64,000 nt of DNA, taken from the NCBI RefSeq assembly GCF_009914755.1, contig NC_060938.1. One strand, written 5' to 3'. The notes beneath the pieces were generated by a model. The model worked only from the letters and a program-made list of their open reading frames with translations. It did not search any database and had not been told where the DNA came from. The position numbers and the translations under genes were made by a program. The stretch comes from the human T2T-CHM13v2.0 reference genome, Homo sapiens. Below, piece after piece: positions 26,561 through 39,548 of the stretch (position 1 is the first letter of the stretch; each line of letters begins with the position of its first letter).

Positions 26561-28093
26561 ACAATCATGTTGAATTACTAAATTCTTTCATTGTCACGTA
26601 TTACCACTATAATGAAATTTGGACTTCCTTAATTTTGTATTACTACACATATGTACCACATACAATATATATTGTATACATATTATCATGTGTATAGTGG
26701 TCCATGTCCTATGAATGTATAAACAAGATAAGAAAGATCTTTATGAGAAGTGCATAGGTAATGAATAAAAAAGTGATAGTGAAGTTAAACTCAATGATAA
26801 TCATGGCATTAACCTTCTTAACATTTCATTGGCTCCTGATTATCTACAAATAAATCTCAAATATCATTACAGAGCCTGGACATCCTTTCCACATGGTCCT
26901 ACACTGTCTGTATATTCGCATATTTCTTTACTCAAATCTTTAATTATTCAGATGCTCATTTAATAATTGCACAAATGTTTTCTGATGGTCTAGTATGTGT
27001 CAGACACTAAGTTTTGGGACAAAATCAATGAGTAACACAGAATTGCAGTTATAACTTATTGTGCGGTCTCATAGAAGTTGACCTGCAGACAGATAAATGA
27101 TGACACAAAATGATGTTATAGCAAAGTCATAAACAAACTTATGTAGAAATGTTAATAATTAAATTTACAAAGATAGTGTGTATACAGTTAAGACTGACAG
27201 TTTAGTTTGATGTTCAGTGGTAATTCAAAGATTTTCGGGTAGGAAAATGAGGGAGTATGCAAGAGTGGAGGCTGGAAAGGTAAAATGGTTCTGTTACATT
27301 GATTTATAGTGGGAAAAAATTGGAGGCTACACAGATGTCCAGTGTCTGGATACTTCATTACATAAATAGATGAAAAGGGCCTCTACAAACATTAATAATG
27401 CATTTGAGAAATAACAATGTACATTTTTGTTAAAAATCCTTTGTAAAAAGGAACTGGTAGATTCAGACAATGTGGAAATGTGTCTCAAATAAAAAGCCAG
27501 CATCATTCACAATGGTGAAACATTAGACTTCCCATTAAAATAAGGACTTAAAAATAGATGACTGTTATTTCTACTGTCATTTAACATTATTTCAAAATTC
27601 CTATGCCATGCAATTAGTTCATAGAACAGAATGAGAATTATAATCACTGGGAAGGAGAAGCAAATTTTAATTATTTCTGGATGGTATGATTTATACTGGT
27701 TACCCTGAGAGTAAATTGAAAAATATATGAGAAACATTAAAATAATTCAATCAAGGGAATGGGCATGTGATTTCTATTAAAAACCTTAATAACATAATAA
27801 TCAGTTAAAATATAATAAAATGTATCATTCGTAATAGCAATAAAATACTTGCCACAAAACCCACAAAGGAAAACTAGAAAGGGAAATAATAATACATTTA
27901 ATTACATAAAAGTTCCAACTTTCATTTGTGAAAAACACCAACAACAAAATGAAGATAAAAGCAAAATATCAATGGTGGGACTGGGACACCAAGGGTAATA
28001 GTAAGGGATAAATGTTCTTAACCTTTAAATCACTGTGAAAAAGGCAAGTAGTCAAATAGAAAAAGGAGAAAGATATATTAAAGCAGAGGTCTT

Positions 28094-28390
28094 GACCAGA
28101 TGCAGTGGCTCACGCCTGTACACCCAGAACCTTGGTAGGCCAAAGCTAGAGGATCATTTGGCCCAGGAGTTTGAGACCAGACAGGGCAACAAACTCAGAC
28201 CCATCTCTAAAGACATAAGAAATTATCCAGGTGTGGCGGCACATGCCTGTGGTCTCAGCTATGTGGGAGGCTGAGTCAGGAGAATCGCTTGAGCCCTAGA
28301 GATCAAGGCTGCAGTGAGCCAACATCATGGCTCTGTACCCCAGCCTGTGCAACAAAGCAAGAGCCTGTCTCAAAAAAAAAAAAAAAAAAA
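28094..28390 (+). mobile_element. AluJ (AluJo-like)
   Basis: CAGTGGCTCACGCCTGTA...GGATCATTTGGCCCAGGAGTTTGAGACC...GATCAAGGCTGCAGTGAGCC...GTCTC followed by A19. Confidence 0.95.
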
Positions 28391-28699
28391 GAGACATCCC
28401 CAGAGGAAAAATAATCAATGACCAAAAATCTTAATATGCTAAACCTAACTCATAATTAAATGCATATATATTAGGACAATATAATACCATTTAGACTTGT
28501 AAGATTAGCATACTTTTTTTAAGTGATAGTACTCAAGAATGGCAAGGGAAGGTAAAAATTTGGAGGGAAATTTGGCAGCATTCATCCAAATTTCATATGT
28601 ACACAGTCTGATCTTGTAAGTTTGAATCTAGTGATTTAGTTTAGAGATACATTCAAGAGTACAACTATGTACATAAAAATATTCATCAGGAGCCACATA

Positions 28700-28870
28700 G
28701 ACTAGGGGTAAGACTGTTGTCTCAGATCCAGATTGCCTAAATGGGAGTTTCAGCTGTGTAACCTCAGTTGCGTTATTTGACCTCTCTGAGGCAGTTTCCT
28801 CATTCATAAAATGAGAAAAACAATCATATGTACAACATATGTTTGCTGTAAGGATTAAAAAGAACATCGG
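28700..28870 (+). mobile_element. MIR
   Basis: AGCTGTGTAACCT...TTATTTGACCTCTCTGAGGCAGTTTCCTCATTCATAAAATGAG...GTAAGGATTAAA. Confidence 0.75.
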
Positions 28871-29084
28871 GATACTGAATAAAAATGACTTAGAAAAACA
28901 ATCTAAAGAGAAAAATTATAAATTTGACTAATAAAATTAAATTTCTCTGTGGATCAAAAGAAACCGTAAAGAGAGTAGAAAGGAAAGCCTTGAATGTTGA
29001 GAAGACAAAAAATTCGTATTGTGTAAATTAACAACAACAAAAAAGACAACCTGAATAGAACTGGGTCAAAATCATTGTGTAATT

Positions 29085-29370
29085 ATCTTCTGCTTCTTCA
29101 TCCTGTACCTGCTGTATACTTCCCTTCATTCTCCATACCACTGCTGTCTCACCCAGGGAGCCGACTTGTGGTATTACATCAGTAGGATTTCCATGGCCTC
29201 CATCTTCATATGGATTTTAGCTAAGGAAGAACTGAAGATAGTAGGGAGGGAAAAAAGTATTTATTCCTTTGGTTTCTTCTCTGGAAAGGTTACTTCAGGT
29301 TGTATTTTTCTGATGATGGAAGGTCACTGCATTTTCCAAGGTTGCCAAAATTACAAAGCTCCTTTTCTGA
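29085..29370 (-). mobile_element. ERVL LTR16-like fragment
   Basis: CCACTGCTGTCTCACCCAGGGAGCCGAC...TACATCA...GGGAGGGAAAAAAGTATTTATTCC resembles antisense LTR16. Confidence 0.5.
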
Positions 29371-29904
29371 AACTCCTATTAGGTAGAATTGAAACTTTTT
29401 GATATTTTTCTCATTTCTTAACTTTGTTGTATGGTATTAATGTAATATTCAGGGATATATTATCAAGTTGAACTTCAAAGACACTTTAACTGTGCCCATT
29501 CTGCTATTAAAAATCTAAGGAGATTTTTAGTTCAATAATTATATATATTTTAATATTTATAACGTTGTAGCTGATTTTTTTCATACATTTTTCCTGCTTT
29601 GTAACACTATACTTTATCATGAACATACTCCCTTGTTTGTCTTTGTGCATATACTAAACATACTTATATTGCATTACTGTTATAATTACTCTATCAAGTC
29701 TCTTTCTTTAGGTGTAAGTTCTGCATGTTGTATTCGTTGGGTCTCTGTCAATGTCTTGGCTTTCCTAAAAGTTATTGATGATTATTGATTATGACTTTAA
29801 TATTCTGTGGCAAAATTCTTGAGGATGCATCTAAAGATCACTGTGGTGCCTTCTGTCTGCTTTCTAATTTTAGATATTTCTTATGCTTCTTTCTTTTTTG
29901 TTCA

Positions 29905-30468
29905 GCTATCTTTTCTTTTTTCTATTTTATAATCCAACTTTTAGATTCTGGGGTACAGGTGCAGGTTGGTTACATGGGTATATTTCATGAAGCTGACATT
30001 TAGGGTATGAATGATCCTTTCACCCAGGTAAGAGCATGGTACCCAATATGTAGTTTTTCAGCTCTTGGCCCCCTCCACCCTACTACTACTTTCCCTTCTA
30101 GTAGTCCCCAGGGTCTATTTTTCTCATCTTTATGTCCATATATATCCATTGCTTAGCTCCCACTTATAAGTGAGAACATGTGGTATTTGGTTTTCTGTAA
30201 CTATGTTAATTTGCTTAGGATAACGACCTCCAGCTGCATTCATGTTGCTGCAAAAGACATGATTTCATTTTTTCTGGCTGTATAGTATTCTGTTGTGTAT
30301 ATGTGCCACATTTTCTTTATCTAATCTACCATCAATGAACACCTAGCTTGATTCTATGTCTTTGCTATTGTGAATAGTGCAGTGATGAATGTACAGTTGC
30401 ATGTGCCTTTTTTGTGGAACAATTTATTTTCCTTTGAATATATATCTAGTAATGGGATTGCTGGATCA
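29905..30468 (-). mobile_element. L1PA16-like 3' end
   Basis: TTTTAGATTCTGGGGTACAGGTGCAGGTTGGTTACATGGGTATATT...GCTCCCACTTATAAGTGAGAACATG...AATGGGATTGCTGGATCA. Confidence 0.92.
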
Positions 30469-32024
30469 GGGTTCTCCTCCTGGTTTATAAGCATGTTATA
30501 AATTTAATAATTAAAGAGATAGATTTTCTATAAGCCTTCATTGGAAGTTTTTAAACTGTATTTTTGATTGTTTTTATATCTAAATGTCAGATAAGGAGAG
30601 GTTTCTGTTCTTATTTTGTTATTTTACACATGATTAGGTTTTGACTTGTTATTTAATTTTTTCTCTAAAGTTTTATCTGATTTGCATTATGGTTATAGTA
30701 TGTGTTCTGTACTATTTTTGATTTTTGAAATTTATTGAGATATTCTTTGTGGACTAAATAATTTTTAATAAATGAAAAGCAATATAATTATTTTATTAAT
30801 ACATGATTTGAAAATTCCACAAGTACTATTTCATAGTAATTAAAATGATAGCCAAGTAATTAGATTAATTTTAAGTTCTCACATAAGCAATATTTTTCAG
30901 TAATAATCCCAATGTTATATTTACATTGCATTAATATGGCAATGATATAAAAATACATAGATGCTTTTTGGAAATTCAGTATTTTGTCTTTCATAGCTAT
31001 CTCATAATGTTTTGGTGGCTACCATAACCATTGTTCTTAAAAAACATTTGTAAAACTAATCTCTAGAGGCAAGACCTAAACAGTAAGAAGGTGAAACTGT
31101 TTATAGAGTGCTAGTTGATAAATAATGTTAAAATATGACTGGCGTAAATAGAATTTGGTCCTATTTCTTGTGATATAAATAATGCCTTTGAGAGAAAATA
31201 AAACAAAAATCCCTCTACTGTCAAACATTTTTGTGCTACATAAATGTTTAAAATATATTGGTTTTAAGTAGACTAAGACTATTAGATTTCTTGGAATACA
31301 CACATCTTTATTAAAAATACTTTATGGCTTTTTTGAGGATATTACATATTAAAATAGATTTCGCTGTGAAGTTTTACCCTCAGAAACAATATTGTTATCA
31401 AGTTAATTTTTGAATAGTAATTAAGGGGACTCAATGGCTGAAGTATTTACAACCATATTCAATCATATTTTCTCTATTGAAATTTCGATAAAATTGGGCT
31501 TCTGTGTATAATGGAGGCAAATATAAGTTTATTGTTCACTCTAAATTGGACCTATGTACTGCCCAGTTAGATAAAACTTAATCCGTGTCTGGGATTAGCA
31601 ATTGTTTCATTGATCAGTGTCCATCTTTCTAAGGGTTGTGAATAAAATTAACAAGAATTTAAATCTTAGCTGGTGTTAGCAAAATTTGGTTGAGGAAAAT
31701 AATTGATGTTTCTCCAAAATTTCACTTCTAAAATAAAAATTTATCAAAGTTGAAATCATAGAAATTTTTACTTGTATATTTATTTAAATTCTTATTGCAC
31801 TGACTATAATTTGAATCTGAAATTTATTCCTGTTGACTTTGAATTGTATTTTTATGAATTTATTTTCCTTGACATTTTTTGTCAAGTAATCTGCTACTAT
31901 ATTCTGTCTCTCTGTTCAGAAATTCCTTCAGTTATCTATTCAAATACCTTGTATGTTTACCAAATTTTTTTTTGTCACGTACAAAATTTTTCTTAGGCAC
32001 AGTTCTTTCACGAAATAGGGATTT

Positions 32025-32343
32025 TTCTTTTTAATTAATTAATTTATTTATTGAGACAGGGTCTCACTCTGTCACCCAAACTGGAGTAGAGTGGTGTGGT
32101 CACAGCACAGCATGACTCTGAACTCCTAGACTCAAGTGATCCTCCTACATCAGTGTCCCAAGTATCTGAGAGTACAGGCACATGCCACCACACCTGGCTA
32201 ATTTTTGTATTTTTTATAGAGATGAGGTCTCTCTATAAAGACTCTCCTCTCAGGAGGAGTCTTGAGCTCCTGGACTCAAGTGATCCTCCCTCATCAGCCT
32301 CCCAAAGTGTTGGGATTAGAGACATGAACCACTATGCCTGATC
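32025..32343 (-). mobile_element. AluJ
   Basis: GAGACAGGGTCTCACTCTGTCACCC...ACTCAAGTGATCCTCC (both arms)...CCCAAAGTGTTGGGATTA. Confidence 0.93.
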
Positions 32344-32359
32344 TGCAATGTTTTCTTTA

Positions 32360-33990
32360 CATAATTTCAAGCCAGTTTGAAATTGCAAAAATAATCATTA
32401 AAATTCTAAACATTCTTACCAAACTCAATATTCAATTATATTTTGGTCAACTTGTATTATTTTTAGAATTCTGTCTCTCTCTACATAACCCCCCCACTGC
32501 CGCCACATACATACACATCCCTTAATATTGTTATATCTTTTCCTGGAATACTTACAAGTAAATTGAAGACATAGTGCCCTTTTACTATTAAATACATAAG
32601 TATAATTTCCTAAGAAGAATATTCTTACATAGTCACAGTATACATTTTAAATAAGCCATTATGTATTGATATCCTAGTATTATCTAATCCACATTTCATA
32701 TTCAAATTTTGTCATGTCAGTTTATTTAATGCCCTGGTCCAGGATCCAATCCAGGATCAAGCATCACATTTAGTTGTTATGACTCTTAAATACTGTTATT
32801 GGAGGCTTTCTTTGTCTTTCTTGACTGACATTTTGAAAAGTTCTGGCAAGAATTTTCCTCAATTTGGGTTTATCTGAGTTTCTCTATGATTAGATTCTGA
32901 TTATGAATTTTTGTCAAGAATCCCACAGATGTGATATTCTGCCTCCCTCAATGTACTCCATCTGGAAGCACATGATGCCAGTTTATTCCAGTATTAGTAA
33001 TGTTAACTTTGGTAATTTGATTAAGATCTTTAAAATGTAATATGGAAGTAGAAATTTTGAGACTCTATAAATATCATATTACTCATCAAACTTTTACTTA
33101 CTATTATAGTATCTATTAATCCTTCTTCTAACTCTTTAATTCCTTCTACATTTACTAGTTGCCATTCTACTCTATAGAATAAATTTTCCTTCTCCTTCCT
33201 CTATTTATTTATTTATTTAACTTCATGGTATCATGGACTCTTATTTATTCAATGGATAACATAGTCCATGGCTATAATTATTTGTTTTCATACTCAAATT
33301 ATTCCAGATTTGGCAAATGGGCGCACATTCAAGCTGCTTCTCTATGTCCTTTTGATAGGGTTGCATCACTGTTAGACTTAAGATATGTTGCAGGCTCATC
33401 TTCTACTTTTCCAATTCTAGCCTTGAAATCAGCTATTTTGCCAAAGGAGACCTGCTTCATGTTTAAAGATAATGGTTCTTTGAAACGAAGGTTTGGGCAT
33501 TATCTGTGCTAATTGATACTGGTGTGTCATTGCTTTCAGGCCCCATTAGTGAAATAAACCAAGATCTATGAACTATGCATGTTTGTTTTAACTGCCGTGT
33601 CTTTGCTTTTAGAACTACTCAGTGGACATAACCATATTTCTGTGTGGATGTGAATGTGTGCACACACATATCTATTTTTTTCTCTCTTCATGAGTAGATA
33701 GATATATACATACATATATACACACATACATAATACATAAATATATGGATTGATATTGACATTTCCTACCTCATTTCAACCACACAGAGTAAATTCTAGT
33801 CGGCCCAGTTTTCATATCTGTAACTCCCTTCTCAAGCAATGAGAAACCTGGCCCACATTATCATCAATGTTTTCACTTATTCAAGCCTAGAATACATAAA
33901 AAATACTTCCAGAATTGCTAACCCACAAAACTGCAAAAAGTAAACTTACTATCTACAGTTTACTATATTTACATATTTTTTAAGTTCATG
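32360..33990 (-). mobile_element. L1MC4/5-like 3' region
   Basis: GTCCAGGATCCAATCCAGGATCA, CTCATCAAACTTTTAC and GAATACATAAA...CAGAATTGCTAACCCAC. Confidence 0.7.
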
Positions 33991-34078
33991 GAAATTCACA
34001 AATTCTTACGTAATTAATTGCATGGTAAATGCACATATCTGTGTAACCCATCTAATATCAAAATATAGTACATATCCT

Positions 34079-34362
34079 GGCCGGGTGCGGTTGCTCACGC
34101 CTGTAATCCCAGCATTTTGGGAGGCCGAGGCAGGTGGATCGCTTGAGGCCAGGAGTTTGAGGCAAGCCTGGCCAACATGGCAAAACCTCATCTCTACTAA
34201 AAATACAAAAATTAGCAGGGCGTGGTGGTGCGTGCCTGTAGTCCCGGCTACTTAGGAGGCTGAAGCATGAGAATCGCTGGAACCCATGAGGCAGAGGTTG
34301 CAGTGAGCCAAGATTGTGCCACTGCACTCCAGTCTGGGCAACAGAGCAAGACTCTGTTGCAA
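34079..34362 (+). mobile_element. Alu (AluSz/Jb-like)
   Basis: GGCCGGGTGCGGTTGCTCACGCCTGTAATCCCAGC...GGGCAACAGAGCAAGACTCTGT. The degenerate TSD contains ATAGTACAT on both sides. Confidence 0.96.
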
Positions 34363-34447
34363 GACAGCAGACAGACAGGTAGATAGATGATAGATAGATG
34401 GATATCAATATATAGATAGATGATAGATATATAGATAGATAGATATA
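34363..34447 (+). repeat. (GACA)n/(GATA)n microsatellite in place of the Alu A-tail
   Basis: GACAGCAGACAGACAGGTAGATAGATGATAGATAGATG...ATAGATAGATAGATA. Confidence 0.9.
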
Positions 34448-34927
34448 CAAATAGTACATTTCCATCACCTGAGTTACATCTCTTGTGCCCCTTCCTACTC
34501 CACCGAGAAACACTTTTCTGATTTTTTAAATCATAGTTCAGTCTTGCCTGTTTTATAACTTTATAAACCCCATCGTATCTCCTCTTTTGCATCTGATTTC
34601 TTTCACTCAGCCTAAATCTTAGAGATTTATACATGTACTATGTGCTCAAATATCAGTTCCTTTTTTTCTCTCATAAAAATCTGTTGTATCATTGTATGAA
34701 TATAACAAAATTTATCTTTTCTTTTGTAGATTTGGCTTGTTTTTGCAATTTGGATCTATTTTCAGTACAAGTACATTCTCCTATAAGTCTGTACACCTAT
34801 TTTACGTTTAAAACTATACACCTATTTTACTTATGTTTTTATTTTTCTTAGGTAAATACTTATAACTGGAATTGCTAGGTCACAGGGTATGTATGCAATG
34901 GACAGTGTAAAAAATAGTATGACAATA

Positions 34928-35077
34928 AGCTGGGCATGGTGGCTTATCCCTCTTATCCCAACATTTGGGAGGCCAATACAAGAAGTTCACTTGAGGATAG
35001 GAGTCTCAGACCAACCTGGGCAACGCAGTGAGACCCCATCTCTATAAAATACAAAAATAAGATAAAAATAAAAAAAC
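34928..35077 (+). mobile_element. Free left Alu monomer (FLAM_C-like)
   Basis: AGCTGGGCATGGTGGCTTA...TTTGGGAGGCCAA...CCTGGGCAACGCAGTGAGACCCCATCTCT followed by an A-rich tail. Confidence 0.85.
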
Positions 35078-35189
35078 TGAAAATATTTTTTCTAAGGGAT
35101 TGTATTATTGTGTACTCCTACTAACAAAGTATGAGTTTATGTTGCTCCACATTCTTGCCAACATTTGGTATTGTTAGACTTAAAATTTT

Positions 35190-35270
35190 ACCAAGAGAAA
35201 CAAATTTCTGTTGTTTATAAGCTACCCAGTTTATGGTATTTTGTTATAGTAGCCTAAATTGACTGAGACT
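35190..35270 (+). mobile_element. MaLR (MLT1/MST) LTR 3' fragment
   Basis: GAGAAACAAATTTCTGTTGTTTATAAGCTACCCAGTTTATGGTATTTTGTTATAGTAGCC. Confidence 0.8.
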
Positions 35271-36499
35271 GTATTGTTTTTTGTTTCTTTTCTACCTTAA
35301 GACAGCAAGGACATTCTTCAGTGTTTTCTTTGAAAAGCTTTATACTTTTACTTTTTATGTTTATTTTTATGATTCTTGTACATTTTTTTTCAAAGTTTTG
35401 AGGTAGAATTTTTTTCAAATAGATATTTTATTATTCCAGCATTATTTGTTGAAAAGATTTTCTTTTCCCCATTGAATTGCCTTTATGCCTTTGTTGAAAA
35501 TCAGGTGACTGAATATGGATGGATATATTTCCGGATGTATTATTCTGTCCAATCGATCTTCCTGTCCTCATGCTAATACCACATTGTATGCACCACTGAA
35601 GCTTTACAGGGAGTTTTAAAATCAGGTAGCTATAAATATTTTTCTTCTCAAAAATCCTTTGGACATTGTAGGTCCTTTGCATTTTCAAATACATTTTAGG
35701 GTCAACTTGTTAATTTCTACAAAGAAAGCCTCCTGAAATTTTGAGTGAGATTAGGTTGAACCTATCAGTTTATTTGGGAGGAATATGCATTATAATTCTT
35801 CCAAAACATGAGCATAGATCATTTGTTTAACTATTCTTTAAGAGCATTCAGAAATATTATCTATTTTTTACAGTTGAAGCTGTGTAGATATTTTTGATAA
35901 ATTATCCACCGGAGTTTTATGTTTCTCCCGTTATTGTAAACCTATTATTTTTAAATGTTATTTTTCACTGTCTGCTGCTAGTATATAGATATACAATTGA
36001 TTTTATATATTAACCATTTATTCTTGAATTTGATAAATTGAGTTAGTAGTTCTCGTAATTTATTTATTATTATTTTATGCATAAGGCACAATTTTTGAAT
36101 ATTTTTATGTGTTTTATTTCTACTTGCCTTTTGACCCCGGGCTGAACATCCAGTACAATGTTTAGTAGAAGTATTAAATACACATGTCCTTACCATGTTA
36201 CCATTTTAGGAGAAGAATTCAGCATTTCCCCAGTAAGTATGATGCTAATTGTAGGTTTTTCACACATACCTTTTTATTAGATTGAGGAATTTTTTTCCCT
36301 CTCTTCTTAGTGTGCTGAGAGGGCTTTTTAAAATCATGAATGGGTTTTAACTTTTATCAAATATTATTTGCTTATGCATTGAGGTATTCATGTTTTTTTC
36401 CTTTATTCTATTAATAAAGTGAATTATATTGATTTTCAAATTTTAATTTTAATACTGAGATAAACCTCATTTGGTCATAATGTATAAACTTTTGATTTA

Positions 36500-36931
36500 T
36501 TGGAGTAGGCAGAATAAAACTCCAAGGATGGCCACATCCTAATCTTCAAAACCTGTAAAACTTTACATGGTAAAAGGGACTTTGCATATGTGATTGATTC
36601 CATTACGAATTTTGAGATAGGGAGATTATTCTGGATCATCTAAGTGGACCCAGTATAAACACAGGGCCCTTATAAGAGGGAGGTAGGAGGATCAAATTCA
36701 GAGAGGAGACGTGACCAAGGATACAGAAATTGGTGTGATGTAGGGTGCCACAATTCAAGGAAAACAGCCTCTAGAAGCTACAAAATAGAAGAAAATGAAT
36801 TCTCCTTTGCAGCTTCTAAAAAGAATGCAATTCTGCTGAAAACCCACTTTGAATTTCTGAACTCCAGAACTGTAAGATAATATTCAATCTGTGTTGTTTT
36901 AAGTTGCTGAGATTTTAGCAATTTGTTATAA
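36500..36931 (+). mobile_element. MaLR solo LTR MLT1D-like
   Basis: CCACATCCTAATC...TTACATGGTAAAAGGGACTTTGCA.ATGTGATT...GAGATAGGGAGATTATTCTGGAT...CTCCAGAACTGTAAGATAA. Confidence 0.88.
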
Positions 36932-37175
36932 TTTTTGCAATTATACCCATACTCATAAGGGATATTGTTCTGTACACTTTTTTAGGTTTTAGTATTAAGG
37001 TTATGATGACTCACTAAGCAAATTTGGAACGTTTTTTCTTTATTACCTGAAAAAGTTGGTATAAAATAGGTATTATTTCTTTCTTTTTTTTTTTTCTTTC
37101 TTCAATGTTTGCTAAAGTCTTTTTTGGCCTGGATTTTACTTTGTGGGAAGATTTTAAAAAATAATTTATTCAATA

Positions 37176-37352
37176 CAGTGGTTTTCCAACTTTATCAGCT
37201 TTAGAGCTCAATACAACACAGATGAACAAGCTTTGCTCCTAAAGTTTCTGATTCAGTAGATCTGGGTTAAGGCCTGAGAATTTGTCTTTCTGCCATATTC
37301 TCAGGTGATGCTGCTGCTGCTAATCCAGCAATAATATTTTAAGAATCACTGC
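37176..37352. mobile_element. MER5A (hAT-Charlie MITE)
   Basis: CAGTGGTTTTCCAAC...GTTTCTGATTCAGTAGATCTGGG...GAGAATTTG...CAGGTGATGCTG...AAGAATCACTG, with TIR-like ends. Confidence 0.85.
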
Positions 37353-37676
37353 TTTACAAATACAGGGATTTTTAGTAAATTATATTTTTCAAAGTTCTTT
37401 CCTGATGGTTGTCTAATGTATTGGCTAAAGTAGATGGAAATATGTCCTTATTACTTTTAATAGAATCCATAGTGATATCATATTTAAATTCTTGATAATG
37501 ATAATTTTCATTTCTTCCATATGTCTTTAGTTTTTCTAGTACATTATCGATTTTATTGTTCTATTTAAAGAGTCAACTTCTAGCCTTGTTGATTTTCTCT
37601 ATTTTTCTCAGGTTTCTCTTACATTGATTTCTGTTCTTACCATCATAATTTCATCTTGTACTTAATTTGGACTTTC

Positions 37677-37681
<5 letters not shown>

Positions 37682-37709
<28 letters not shown>
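37682..37709. repeat. Poly(T)28 mononucleotide run
   Basis: Counted directly. Confidence 0.95.
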
Positions 37710-37712
<3 letters not shown>

Positions 37713-37874
37713 TCTTAAGATGTAAGCCTAGAGTATTCACTTCAGACCTTTCCTCTTTTCTAATATAAATATTTAAAGCTGTATATTTCCTCTAAGCACT
37801 AGTTTGGCAGCATCACTCAAGTCTTGATACGTTGTATTTTCATTATCTTTATGTTAGAAATAATATTTGATCCA

Positions 37875-38277
37875 TGTTTCTTAGTCTGTTTCTGCTGTTA
37901 TAACAAAATAGCACAAACTGGGTAATTTATAAACAACAGAAATGTATTTCTTATAATACTGAAGCCTGGAAAGTCTAAGATCAGGTTGCTGGCAGGATCA
38001 GTGTCTAGTGAGGGTTCAGTCTCTGCTTCCCAAATGGCGCCTTGTTGCTGTGTCACCTGGAAGTGACAAACTCTGTCTTCACATGGTGAAAGGGATGGAA
38101 GGGTAAATGGGTCCTAGCTAGTTCCCTGCAGCTTTTTAAAAACGGTCACAGTCCCACTCATGAGGGCTTCACCCTCGTGATTTAATCACCTCCTAGGGGC
38201 ACTACTTCTTAATACTGTTGCATTGGGAGTTAAGCTTTAATATTCTAGACAGAACACAAACATTCAAACCATAGTAC
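37875..38277 (-). mobile_element. MaLR solo LTR (MST-type)
   Basis: CTTAGTCTGTTTCTGCTGTTATAACAAAATA...CTGGGTAATTTATAAACAACAG...ACACAAACATTCAAACCATAG. Confidence 0.88.
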
Positions 38278-39141
38278 ATGTGTTAGTTACAAAGGCTTTG
38301 TTTAATTTGCAAATATTTTGACTTCTTCTGTCTATTGTACTTTTATTGATTTCTACTTTAACTTGGTTGTCAGAGAACAAATCAAGTAAAATTTCAATCT
38401 TTAAAATTGATTGGGAGTATCTTGTGTTACAGCCAATAGTTTATCTTGATGAATGTTGCATGGACACATGAAAAAATAAGTATTTACAGTTATATTTAAT
38501 GTGCTACACGTCATTTATAGCAAGGTAATGTTCAGATATTCTGTATCATTATTAATGTTTTGTTTATTTGATGAATCAGTGAAAGAGGGCATTAAAGTGT
38601 CCATATTTGTGAATTTATCTATTAGTCTTTCATATTCTTTTAATTTGTTTGTCATATGTATTTGGAAACTGCATTAATCATGTACATATTCATGTATATA
38701 TTCATGACTGCTGCATCTTATGAATTTACCTCATTATTCTTATATCTCATTTTATCTTTGCGGAAACTCCTTGCAGTAAAGTGTCGTTTATTTGACATTA
38801 ATATGTCAACTCCAGCTTTCTTATACTTGCTGTTCACATGGTATATAATTTTCCACACTTTTACTTTCAACCTATACCCAGCATTATATTTAATACACAT
38901 CTATATTGCACAGCATATACTTAGGTTTTGTTATTTGATCCAGTGTAGAAATCTGTCTTTTAATTGAAGTGTTTAATCCACTTACATGTAAAACATTTAT
39001 TAACTTTATTGGGTTTACCATTTGCTCTCTCTCTTTCTTTCTTTGTTTCTCCCACTCACTAATTTTTCCTCTGTTCCTCCTACTGTGTATTCTGTTGAGT
39101 TAAATGCTTTTTCTTGAGTACTCCATATTTATTTCATTTAC

Positions 39142-39548
39142 TTTAGCTATGCCTCTTTATATTATATATATTTATAATAGGAATATAACTAAATATATAA
39201 TATATTTGTAATATAAATATAAATATGTAATATATTTATAATATAAATATAACTAATATATATTATAACTACATAACATATATAATATATAACATATAAC
39301 ATATATAATATATAATATATAACATATATAATATAAATATATCATATATTTATGTTTAGTTATATTTATATTAATATTAATGTATAGTTATATTTATATT
39401 ACAATTTATTATATTGTATATATAATATATATTTATATTACAAAGATATAATGTATATAGTTATATTATAAACATAAAGAGACAGCTAAAATATAACTAA
39501 ACATATATATTTTTAAATATAAATTTATATATATAAAATATATATTTA
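39142..39548. repeat. AT-rich (TA)n-like tract forming an imperfect palindrome
   Basis: The block is almost purely A/T. TTTAGCTATGCCTCTTTAT (39142) pairs with ATAAAGAGACAGCTAAA (ends 39490). Confidence 0.85.

Larger units (their letters stand above)
27340..29070 (+). mobile_element. Ancient L1M (L1ME-like) ORF2/3' fragments interrupted by Alu and MIR
   Basis: GCCAGCATCATTCACAATGGTGAAACATTAG...TTCCCATTAAAATAAGGA...TTTAACATTATT and TTGGAGGGAAATTTGGCAGCATT. Confidence 0.65.

Noticed and set aside
34006-34634. Several overlapping ORFs
   Set aside because: Typical Alu-derived and GATA-repeat translations.
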